Source: an uncultured delta proteobacterium
Lineage (GTDB): Bacteria > Desulfobacterota > Binatia > HRBIN30 > BPIQ01
Length of the DNA stretch: 64,000 bases
NCBI GenBank assembly: GCA_963761335.1
Contig: CAVXGR010000021.1
Location: 1-64,000 of the forward strand
Reading direction: 5' to 3'
This document shows, piece after piece, positions 10,066 to 18,354 of the stretch (within the stretch, counting starts at the first letter, position 1; each line of letters opens with the position of its first letter). The translations under genes and the position numbers were made by a program. Under the pieces are notes generated by a model that saw only the letters and a list, made by a program, of their open reading frames with translations, was not told the DNA's origin and did not search any database.

Positions 10066-11733
10066 ATGTCGGTGAACGGGAGCGGTCCGCTGCGCGTGAT
10101 CCCGCTCGGCGGTCTCGGCGAGATCGGGCTGAACAGCCTGGTCCTCGAGTACGGCGAGGCGGCAGTGCTGATCGACTGCGGGCTGATGTTCCCGGAGCCG
10201 CACATGCTCGGGGTGGACATCCTCATCCCGGAGTTCAGCTATCTGCGCAGCCTGGGCGATCGGCTCCTGGGAATCGTGGTGACGCACGGCCACGAGGACC
10301 ACATCGGCGCACTGCCGTACGTGCTGCGCGAGCTCGACGTTCCCGTCTACGCCCCGCCGATGGCGGCGGGTCTGGTGGCGGCGAAGCTGCGCGAGCACCA
10401 GCTCACCGACCGCCGCGTGCACGTGATCCGCCCCGGCACGTCGTGGACGATGGGCCCCTTCACCATCGATCCGGTGCACATGACGCACTCGATCGTCGAC
10501 GCGCTGGGGCTGGTTTTCACCACCCCGCTCGGCGTGGTGGTGCACACCGGCGACTTCAAGATCGACCAGACGCCCATCGACGGTCGCCCCTCGGAGCTGG
10601 AGAAGCTGGCGGAGTACGGCAATCGCGGCGTGCTCCTCTTGCTCTCCGACTCCACCAACGTCGAGCGCGAGGGCTTCACGCCGACGGAGCGCTCCGTGCA
10701 CGCCGGCCTCGAGCGCATTTTCCACGACACCGGCGGGAGAATCTTCTTCTCCACCTTCTCTTCGCACGTGCACCGCATCCGCCAGGTCCTGGAGCTGGCC
10801 AGCACCTACGGCCGCCGCGTCGCGGTTGTCGGGCGCAGCCTGGAGACCAGCGTGGCGCTGGCGACCGATCTCGGGCATCTGCCGGCGGTCCCCGGGCTCT
10901 ACGCCGGCGTCGACGAGCTGGCGTCGCTGCCCGCGGAGAAGGTGACGCTGCTCACCAGCGGCAGCCAGGGAGAGGCGCTCTCGGCACTGGCGCGCATCTC
11001 CATGAACGATCACCGGCAGGTGCACATGGAGCCGGGGGACTCGGTGGTGCTGTCGTCCAAGTTCATTCCCGGCAACGAGAGGGTGATCGGCAACATGATC
11101 AACCACATGTGCCGGCGCGGCGCCCGCGTCTACCACCACAAGGTGGCGCCGGTGCACGTCTCCGGCCACGCCAGCCAGGAGGAGCTGAAGCTGATCCTGC
11201 GCCTGACGCGACCCCGCTACTTCGTGCCGGTGCACGGCGAGTACCGTCATCTGGTGCGGCACCGAGCCCTGGCCTGGGAGGTCGGCGTGCCCCCGGAGAA
11301 CACCTTCGTCATCGAGGACGGGCAGGTGATCGAGATCGACCCCGACGGGGCGCGCCTCGGCGGCACGGTCACCGCGGGACGGGTCTTCGTCGACGGCAAG
11401 GTGGTCGGCGACATCGGCGACGTGATCCTGCGCGACCGGCGCCACCTCTCCCAGGACGGCTTCGTGCTGGCGGTGCTCGGCATCAATCAGCAGACCGGCG
11501 AAGTGGTCTCCGGCCCGGACCTGATCTCGCGCGGCTTTCTCATGGAAGAGGCCAACCAGGAGCACCTGGAGCGCGCCAAGTCGCTCATTCTCGAGCGCTT
11601 GCAGCAGATCGCGCCGGAATCGCGCACCGACTCGTTCGAGGTCAAGGAAGAGGTTCGCAAGGCGCTGAAGCGTTACTTTTCCAAGACGCTCGAGCGCCGG
11701 CCGGTGATCTTACCGTTCATCATGGAGATGTGA
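10066..11733 (+). CDS. rnj: ribonuclease J
   Basis: PLGGLGEIGLN, THGHEDHIG, HTGDFK, HVSGHAS, PVHGEYRH. Confidence 0.95.
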   Translation: MSVNGSGPLRVIPLGGLGEIGLNSLVLEYGEAAVLIDCGLMFPEPHMLGVDILIPEFSYLRSLGDRLLGIVVTHGHEDHIGALPYVLRELDVPVYAPPMAAGLVAAKLREHQLTDRRVHVIRPGTSWTMGPFTIDPVHMTHSIVDALGLVFTTPLGVVVHTGDFKIDQTPIDGRPSELEKLAEYGNRGVLLLLSDSTNVEREGFTPTERSVHAGLERIFHDTGGRIFFSTFSSHVHRIRQVLELASTYGRRVAVVGRSLETSVALATDLGHLPAVPGLYAGVDELASLPAEKVTLLTSGSQGEALSALARISMNDHRQVHMEPGDSVVLSSKFIPGNERVIGNMINHMCRRGARVYHHKVAPVHVSGHASQEELKLILRLTRPRYFVPVHGEYRHLVRHRALAWEVGVPPENTFVIEDGQVIEIDPDGARLGGTVTAGRVFVDGKVVGDIGDVILRDRRHLSQDGFVLAVLGINQQTGEVVSGPDLISRGFLMEEANQEHLERAKSLILERLQQIAPESRTDSFEVKEEVRKALKRYFSKTLERRPVILPFIMEM

Positions 11734-11759
11734 TCGTGGCGAGGAGCAGGGGGGGGACG

Positions 11760-14048
11760 ATGGCGAACGAGGCGCGGGAAGCGGCGGAGGTGCGGAGCCC
11801 GAGATACGCCAAGGATCGCGACGAGGAGCACAGCTGGGTGCTGCTCGACGAGGTCGGCGCCATCATCAGCGTGGCGGCGGCGCTGTTCATCCTGGTGAGC
11901 TTCGCCTCCTACGATCGGGGCGACGTGCACGCCAATCTCGGCGGCCCCATCGGCTACGGGCTCGCCAACATCGCCGTGCAGGCGCTCGGGCTGGCGGCCT
12001 ACCTGGTTCCCCCGGGGCTGCTGGCGCTCGGCTGGGTGCTGTTCCGCCATGCGACCAAGGAGATCTCGCTCGGCCGCGTCGCCGGCATGATCGCATTCAT
12101 CGTCAGCCTGGCGATGGCGCTGGCAATGCTGTTGCCGGCCGCCGAGGCGGTGAGCGCCGGCGGCTTCGTCGGCGGCTTCGTCAGTGCCCTGCTGACCGAA
12201 GGCTTCGGACATACCGGTTCCGCCCTCATCGTCACCGCGCTGCTGGCGCTGTCGGTTCTGTTCGCCACCGAGACGTCCTTCCACGCCGCGGCGGTGGCGG
12301 CTGGTGTCGCGGTGAGCGGCGCCGCCTCGAGACTGCGCGCCCGCCTGCGACGTCCGCAGCGCGCCGCCGTGGGCGACGACGGCGAGAGGCCGGTGGTGCG
12401 GCCGAGTGCCAAACGCGTCGAACGGCCGCGCCGCAGCGACCCCGTCATCGTCGTCGAGAAAGAGCTGACCCTCCCGGCGCGCCGGCCGCTCGGGGCGCCC
12501 AAGCAGCAGGAGCTGCACTTCACTCCGGACAAGGCCTATCAGCCGCCGTCGCTGGAGTTCCTCGACCGCCCGCAGAAGAACGTCAACCGCATCGACGAAG
12601 ACGCGCTCCGCAAGAGCTCGGAAATTCTCGAGACCAAGCTCGGAGACTTCGGCATCGAGGGCAAGGTGGTCGCGGTCCGCCCCGGACCGGTGATCACCAC
12701 CTACGAGATCGAGCCGGCGCCGGGGGTGAAGGTCAGCCGCATCGTCACCCTCGCCGACGATCTGGCGATGGCGCTGCGGGCTCCCGGGGTGCGCGTCCTC
12801 GCCCCGGTTCCCGGGAAGGCCGTCGTCGGAATCGAGGTCGCCAACGCCCGCCGGGAGCACGTCGCGCTGCGCGATCTGCTGAGCAGCGAGGGTTTTGCCG
12901 CCACCGAGTCGCCGGTGACCCTGGCGCTCGGCAAGGACGCCGCCGGCAACCCAACCTTCGGCGACCTGGCGCGCATGCCGCACCTGCTGATTGCCGGCGC
13001 CACCGGCACCGGCAAGTCGGTCTCCATCAACTCCATGATCGTCAGCATCCTCTACAAGGCGTCGCCGCGCGACGTCCGCTTCGTGATGATCGACCTCAAG
13101 ATGCTCGAGCTGTCGGTGTACGAGGAGATCCCGCATCTGCTGGTGCCGGTGGTCACCGACCCGAAGAAGACGATCGCCGTCCTCAAAAATCTGGCGCGGC
13201 AGATGGACGAGCGCTACCAGCTGCTCAAGGAAAAGGGCGTGCGCAATATCGACAGCTACAACCGCATGGTGGAGCGCGAGGAGGCGGAGCACCGCGCCGG
13301 GGTGATCGAGCTCGACGAGGTCGTCGACGAGGACGTCGAGGACGCCGAGCCGCCGGTCGACGACGAGGATCTGGCGCCCGCGGCGCTGCGCCACATGCGC
13401 ATGCCCAAGATCGTCGTCATCATCGACGAGCTCGCCGACCTGATGATGACGGTCGGCCGCGACGTCGAGGAGCCGATCACCCGCCTGGCGCAGAAGGCGC
13501 GCGCCGCCGGCATTCACCTCATCCTGGCGACGCAACGGCCATCGGTCGACGTGATCACCGGCCTGATCAAGGCGAACTTTCCGTCGCGCGTCTCCTTCCA
13601 GGTCACCTCCCGGGTCGATTCGCGGACCATCCTGGATAGCATCGGCGCCGAGCGCCTGTTAGGAGGGGGAGACATGCTGTATCTGCCTCCCGGCACGGCG
13701 CGCGCGCAACGATTGCACGGCGGTTACGTTTCCGAAGAAGAGATTCGCAAGATCGTGGACTTCATCAAACGCCAGGGAAAGCCGGAGTACGCCCTCGACC
13801 TGCTGGAAGGCGGCGAGGAGGAGAACGGCGAGGTGTTCGAGGAGGACATGAGCGACGAGATGTACGATCTCGCCGTGCAGCTGGTCACCGAGAGCCGCCA
13901 GGCTTCGATCTCGTGGCTGCAGCGCCGCCTGCGCGTCGGCTACAACCGCGCGGCGCGCATGATCGAGCGCATGGAGCGCGAGGGGGTGGTGACCTCGGGT
14001 GAGGGCGGCCGAGCGCGCGAGGTGATCGCGCAGCACATCGAGGAATGA
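11760..14048 (+). CDS. ftsK: DNA translocase FtsK
   Basis: N-terminal TM domain, MPHLLIAGATGTGKS, IDELADLMM, LATQRPSVDVITG, gamma domain LQRRLRVGYNRAARMIE. Confidence 0.97.
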   Translation: MANEAREAAEVRSPRYAKDRDEEHSWVLLDEVGAIISVAAALFILVSFASYDRGDVHANLGGPIGYGLANIAVQALGLAAYLVPPGLLALGWVLFRHATKEISLGRVAGMIAFIVSLAMALAMLLPAAEAVSAGGFVGGFVSALLTEGFGHTGSALIVTALLALSVLFATETSFHAAAVAAGVAVSGAASRLRARLRRPQRAAVGDDGERPVVRPSAKRVERPRRSDPVIVVEKELTLPARRPLGAPKQQELHFTPDKAYQPPSLEFLDRPQKNVNRIDEDALRKSSEILETKLGDFGIEGKVVAVRPGPVITTYEIEPAPGVKVSRIVTLADDLAMALRAPGVRVLAPVPGKAVVGIEVANARREHVALRDLLSSEGFAATESPVTLALGKDAAGNPTFGDLARMPHLLIAGATGTGKSVSINSMIVSILYKASPRDVRFVMIDLKMLELSVYEEIPHLLVPVVTDPKKTIAVLKNLARQMDERYQLLKEKGVRNIDSYNRMVEREEAEHRAGVIELDEVVDEDVEDAEPPVDDEDLAPAALRHMRMPKIVVIIDELADLMMTVGRDVEEPITRLAQKARAAGIHLILATQRPSVDVITGLIKANFPSRVSFQVTSRVDSRTILDSIGAERLLGGGDMLYLPPGTARAQRLHGGYVSEEEIRKIVDFIKRQGKPEYALDLLEGGEEENGEVFEEDMSDEMYDLAVQLVTESRQASISWLQRRLRVGYNRAARMIERMEREGVVTSGEGGRAREVIAQHIEE

Positions 14049-14716
14049 GGAAGCTCGCGTCGACCGTTCTTGCCGCACTGTGGGTGGCGACGCTGGCGGC
14101 GGCCGCGACGGCGCCGACTCCCGCGGGTGACTCGCTGGACGAGGTGGTACGCCACCTGCAGGCGCATTACGACGCCACCACCGATTTCACCGCCGACGTC
14201 ATCCACGAGATCGAGATGGCGAGTCTGGGGAAGACGACGCGCTCGCACGGCAAGGTCTATTTCAAGCGGCCCGGGCGCATGCGCTGGGAGCTGACCAATC
14301 AGGAGGAGCAGCTCATCATCGCCGACGGCGACAGCCTGTGGGTCTACCAACCCAAGGACAAGCAGGTCTACAAGGCGTCGTTCAGCCAGGCCTTCCGCTC
14401 GACCACGCCGGTGTCTTTCCTCACCGGCATCGGCCGCTTGCGCGAGGATTTCGAGGTCTCCGCCGACGGCTCCAGCGACGACATCGTCTATCTGCGGCTG
14501 GTGCCGAAGAAGGGCGCCGAGATCGGCACGCTGCGGCTCGGCATCGACCGCAACACCTACGATGTCCGCGAGGCCGAGATCCACGACCCGCTCGGCAATG
14601 CGACGCGGCTGACGTTCAGCAACATCAAGAGGGATGTCGGCCTGGACGATTCTCTCTTTCACTTCACCATCCCTCCGGGCACCGAGGTCATCCAGGCGCC
14701 CGGCTCGTCGCCGTGA
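14045..14716 (+). CDS. lolA: outer-membrane lipoprotein carrier LolA
   Basis: Signal peptide, KRPGRMRW, IIADG.SLWVY; conserved position after ftsK. Confidence 0.85.
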   Translation: MRKLASTVLAALWVATLAAAATAPTPAGDSLDEVVRHLQAHYDATTDFTADVIHEIEMASLGKTTRSHGKVYFKRPGRMRWELTNQEEQLIIADGDSLWVYQPKDKQVYKASFSQAFRSTTPVSFLTGIGRLREDFEVSADGSSDDIVYLRLVPKKGAEIGTLRLGIDRNTYDVREAEIHDPLGNATRLTFSNIKRDVGLDDSLFHFTIPPGTEVIQAPGSSP

Positions 14717-14725
14717 GGTCTGCCC

Positions 14726-15211
14726 ATGCCATCTTTCGACGTTGTCTCGCAGGTGAACATGCAGGAGATCGACAACGCCCTCAATCAGGCGCGCAAGGAG
14801 ATCGAGCAGCGCTACGATTTCAAGGGGAGCAACACCGAGATCAGTGCCGACGAGGAAGGCGTCCACATCAACTCGACGGACGACTTCAAGGTGAAGGCGG
14901 CGGTGGACATCCTGCAGTCGAAGCTGGTGCGCCGCGGCATCGATCTGAAGTCCCTGATCCCCGGCAAGATCGAAGCGGCCGCCTCCGGCCGTGCCAAGCA
15001 GACGCTGGAGATCCAGCAGGGAATCTCCACGGAGAAGGCGCGCGACATCGTCAAGGCGGTGAAGGACAGCAAGATCAAGGTGCAGAGCCAGATCCAGGCC
15101 GACCAGGTGCGCGTCTCGGGCAAGAAGCGCGACGATCTCCAGGCGGCCATCCAGCTGTTGCGCCAGCGGGACTTCGGTCTGCCGCTGCAGTTCATCAACT
15201 TCCGGGACTGA
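14726..15211 (+). CDS. yajQ: YajQ family nucleotide/c-di-GMP-binding protein
   Basis: MPSFDVVS...RYDFKGS...VRVSGKKRDDLQ...LQFINFRD. Confidence 0.95.
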   Translation: MPSFDVVSQVNMQEIDNALNQARKEIEQRYDFKGSNTEISADEEGVHINSTDDFKVKAAVDILQSKLVRRGIDLKSLIPGKIEAAASGRAKQTLEIQQGISTEKARDIVKAVKDSKIKVQSQIQADQVRVSGKKRDDLQAAIQLLRQRDFGLPLQFINFRD

Positions 15212-15212
15212 G

Positions 15213-15448
15213 GAGGGGGGGAACCGCAGAGACGCAGAGAACGCAGAGGGGAGAACCGCCAAGGCGCTGAGGACGCCAAGAGAGGAGTCGCCAAGAGGAA
15301 AGGGGCCAGACCACTCCGGCGGGCCAGTGATCTCGAGCCTTCTCACGTCGATCCGGAGTGGCCGGGCCCCTTTCCCTCGGCGCTCTTTCTTCGCGCTCTT
15401 GGCGCCTTGGCGGTTTTCTTCTTCTCTGCGTCGCTGCGGTTTCCCCCC
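15213..15448. repeat. nested inverted repeat built from 9-bp-period CGCAGAG/CGCCAAG units
   Basis: ggggggaaccgcagagacgcagagaacgcagag...aaccgccaaggcgctgaggacgccaagag pairs with ctcttggcgccttggcggtt...ctctgcgtcgctgcggtttcccccc. Confidence 0.75.
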
Positions 15449-15489
15449 GCTCAATTGACAGGCTGGTCGGGCTCGTCGAGAATCCGGCC

Positions 15490-16392
15490 GTGCGCCAGTC
15501 TCGTGTGATCTTCGTCACCGGCAAGGGCGGTGTCGGCAAAACGACCGTCACCGCGGCTCTCGGGGTGCATCTCACCGAGAGCCGTGAGCGGACGCTGATC
15601 GTGGAGACCGATGTCTCGGGCCGTCTGGCGGCGATGTTCGGCGCCCCGCCGTTGTCGGCCGAGCCCCTCGAGCTGCAGCAGCGGCTGTTCGCCGTGCGCC
15701 TGCAGCAGCGGGCTCTGCTCGAGGAGTACTTCGAGTCGCTGCTGCGCGTGCCGTTTCTGTCGCGGCGTCTGCTGTCGAGCCGCACCTTCAACGCCGTCAC
15801 CGCGGCGGCGCCGGGGGTCGGCGAGTTCCTGCTCCTGCAGAAGCTGCTGCAGTGGCTGGAGCCCGGGTGGAGAGGCCGGCGGCGCTTCGACACCGTGCTG
15901 ATCGACGGCCCTGCCAGCGGCCACGCCCTGAAGCTGCTGGCGGCGCCGCGCACCATCGCCTCGCTGGTGCCGGCCGGTCCCATCGGCACTGTTGCCCGGC
16001 GCGCGCTGGCGCTGCTCGCCGATCATCACCGCACCCGTGTCGTCGTGGTTGCCATCCCCGAGGAGCTGGCGATCACCGAGATGCTCGAGACCTGCGACGC
16101 CTTGGCAAACGACATCGCGGTGAAGGTGGCCCGACCGGTGGTGAACCGCGTCTTCCCGCGTCGCTTTGCGCCGCACGAGGTGGCGGAGCTGGAGACCGGC
16201 GAAGCGGCGTCCGATCCGTTGGTGCATGCGGCCCGCTTCCAGCTCGGGCGGCGCCGCGAGGCGGAGCGGCATTTGGCGCGCTTGCGGCGGGCCCTGGGCC
16301 AGTCGCCGGTGGCGCTGCCGATGGTCTTCGCGGAGCGCCTCACGCCGCTCCATCTCCACCAGCTCGGCCAGACGCTCGGGGGCGTTCTCTAG
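15490..16392 (+). CDS. ArsA/Get3-like ATPase, subunit 1 of a pair
   Basis: VTGKGGVGKTT deviant Walker A, APGVGEF, IDGPASGH; TTGACA-N17-GAGAAT 6 nt before the GTG. Confidence 0.85.
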   Translation: MRQSRVIFVTGKGGVGKTTVTAALGVHLTESRERTLIVETDVSGRLAAMFGAPPLSAEPLELQQRLFAVRLQQRALLEEYFESLLRVPFLSRRLLSSRTFNAVTAAAPGVGEFLLLQKLLQWLEPGWRGRRRFDTVLIDGPASGHALKLLAAPRTIASLVPAGPIGTVARRALALLADHHRTRVVVVAIPEELAITEMLETCDALANDIAVKVARPVVNRVFPRRFAPHEVAELETGEAASDPLVHAARFQLGRRREAERHLARLRRALGQSPVALPMVFAERLTPLHLHQLGQTLGGVL

Positions 16393-16396
16393 CCGC

Positions 16397-17521
16397 ATGG
16401 CTCATGCCGCCGCGGGCGAGCCGCAGCACGCCGGGATCGCCGGGGGAGCGGCGGATCTGCTGCGGCGCCGCATCGTCATCTGCGTCGGCGCCGGCGGCGT
16501 CGGCAAGACCACGGCGGCGGCCGCCGTCGGCGTGGCCGCCGCCCGCGCCGGGCGGCGCACGGCGGTGATCACCGTCGACCCGGCGCGGCGTTTGAAGGAC
16601 GCCCTCGGCTTGCAGCAGCTGTCCACCGATCCGCAGCCGGTCCATCTGCCGGCGCTGTCGCCGGCACAGCCGGGGGCCAGCTTCGATGCTTTTGCCCTCG
16701 ATGCGAAGCACACCTTCGATGCCCTGGTGCAGCGTTTCGCGCCCTCGCCGGAGGCGGTGCAGCGGATTCTCTCCAACCGCGTCTATCAGGAGCTGTCGAC
16801 CGGTCTGGCGGGATCGGCGGAGTACATGGCGATGGAGAAGCTGCACCAGCTGGTCACCCCGGGCGGATACCAGACGGTGATCGTCGACACGCCGCCCAGC
16901 GCCCACGCCCGCGATCTCCTCTCGGCGCCGCACCGCCTCGCCGACCTGCTCGCCTCGCGCGCCGTGAGCCTGCTCAAGTCGCCGGCGTCGCTGCTCAGCG
17001 GCGCCACCTCCTTCACCCGCGTCAGCCTGGCGGCGCTGCTGCGCGGCCTGGAGCGCTGGACGGGGATCAGCCTCCTCGGCGAGCTCTCCGAGTTCACCAG
17101 CGCCTTCGAGGAGATGACCCAGGGGTTCGGCGAGCGCGCCGCGCAGGTGACCGAGCTGCTGCACTCGCGCTCGACGGCCTTCCTCTTGGTCACCAGCCCG
17201 GAGCCGGATGCCGTCGAGGTGACCATCGACTTCCACCGCGAGCTGAAGGAGGGCGGCTTCCACATCGCCGGTATCGTCGCCAACCGCGTTCTCGCCTTTC
17301 CCGCCCTCGACGGCTACGCGCCGCAGCCTTTCGGCGAACGCCTGCGGCAGAGGCTGCGGGCGAACTACGAGGAGCTGCGCCGCCTGAGCCTGCGCGACGC
17401 GCACACCCTGCAGCACCTGCACGACGAGACCGGCGCTCGGCTCCTGGCCGTGGTCCCGGTGCTGAGCGAGCTGCCGGTGACCCTGGACAATCTCGAGAGG
17501 TTTGCCGAGTACCTGCAGTGA
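16397..17521 (+). CDS. ArsA/Get3-like ATPase, subunit 2 of a pair
   Basis: CVGAGGVGKTT, TVDPARRL.DALG, EYMAMEKL, VDTPPS; resembles the Rv3679/Rv3680-type tandem pair. Confidence 0.85.
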   Translation: MAHAAAGEPQHAGIAGGAADLLRRRIVICVGAGGVGKTTAAAAVGVAAARAGRRTAVITVDPARRLKDALGLQQLSTDPQPVHLPALSPAQPGASFDAFALDAKHTFDALVQRFAPSPEAVQRILSNRVYQELSTGLAGSAEYMAMEKLHQLVTPGGYQTVIVDTPPSAHARDLLSAPHRLADLLASRAVSLLKSPASLLSGATSFTRVSLAALLRGLERWTGISLLGELSEFTSAFEEMTQGFGERAAQVTELLHSRSTAFLLVTSPEPDAVEVTIDFHRELKEGGFHIAGIVANRVLAFPALDGYAPQPFGERLRQRLRANYEELRRLSLRDAHTLQHLHDETGARLLAVVPVLSELPVTLDNLERFAEYLQ

Positions 17522-17526
17522 GCCGC
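17348..17526 (+). repeat. direct repeat A (3' end of ArsA-like gene 2), copy 1
   Basis: 179 bp matching 20855-21033 with 7 substitutions counted by eye. Confidence 0.95.
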
Positions 17527-17670
17527 CGAGATGCGAAGGACGGCAACAAGCGGCGCCGAGAACGAGCCAGAGAAGGTCGACGTCGGTCGGGTCATCGTTA
17601 CCGGCTCTCGCACGGGGATCGAGATCGCCGCCTTCGCGCACGGCGACAAGGGCCGCGCACGGCAGGGTTC

Positions 17671-18067
17671 GGGGTCGGACCTGGCCAAGCATTGAAGAAT
17701 GCATGACAATCGGCTCCGGGAGGCGCCTTTTTCGCGCCTAATGCCTTCATTTCTGGCGCAAAATGGGCCTTTTGAGGAAGAGACGGAATGCCCGGCTCGA
17801 TCGCCAGCATCTTGCGGGCCGCGTGTCGCACATCGCGCATCGCTGCCGACACCAAGCCGTTTCTGTGTTTCTGTTGAGGCTCGCTCGCGATCGCCTGTCG
17901 TCGAACCAAGGCGCTGCCTCTGCAGATTGAGGTCTCTGTTGAGACCTGTGATGTCCTGCCGCTTGCGGCCGTCATTCTCGCCTCGAAATGGCCGGTTTGG
18001 GCACAAAATGGGCCTCGGATTCGAGGTGAGGTGTCGAGATGTCAGGTACTTGCAGAGGTCCGACCCC
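17671..18067. mobile_element. putative non-autonomous element (MITE/REPIN-like) with terminal inverted repeats
   Basis: GGGGTCGGACCT at 17671 and AGGTCCGACCCC at 18056-18067, with imperfect extension to ~25 bp; 17710-18066 is repeated at 20474-20830. Confidence 0.65.
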
Positions 18068-18354
18068 AGAGTATCGGCGGCACCTCACCCCGTCTCAGGC
18101 GTTGAAAAATCCAGCGATGCTCCGCGATCGCGAGGTCGCAGTGCGCCCGTCGACCCGCAGCGCCGCCCTGTGCCGACCCAATTCCCACCTCCTGGCCCAG
18201 AGTCACGACCTCTCGAGGGGATCCTGGGCCTCCTTGGAGAGGCTCCCCCGGCCTGGCGATCAATTTCCGGTCGTTGCCCACCCCCGAACCACACTGGCGG
18301 TGAAGTGGTGAGAAATGCGGGCTAGTGGCGAGTGCGCTTTCAAGATCCGATGAT

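Noticed and set aside
10020..11759. N-terminal extension making FtsK 1342 aa
   Set aside because: Off-frame shadow of rnj in GC-rich DNA; the real start with a purine-rich RBS is at 11760.
17699..18325. 208-aa ORF across the repeated element (and ORFs 17365-18006, 20527-20894)
   Set aside because: The second copy has 1-bp indels that break the frame, and the composition is not protein-like.
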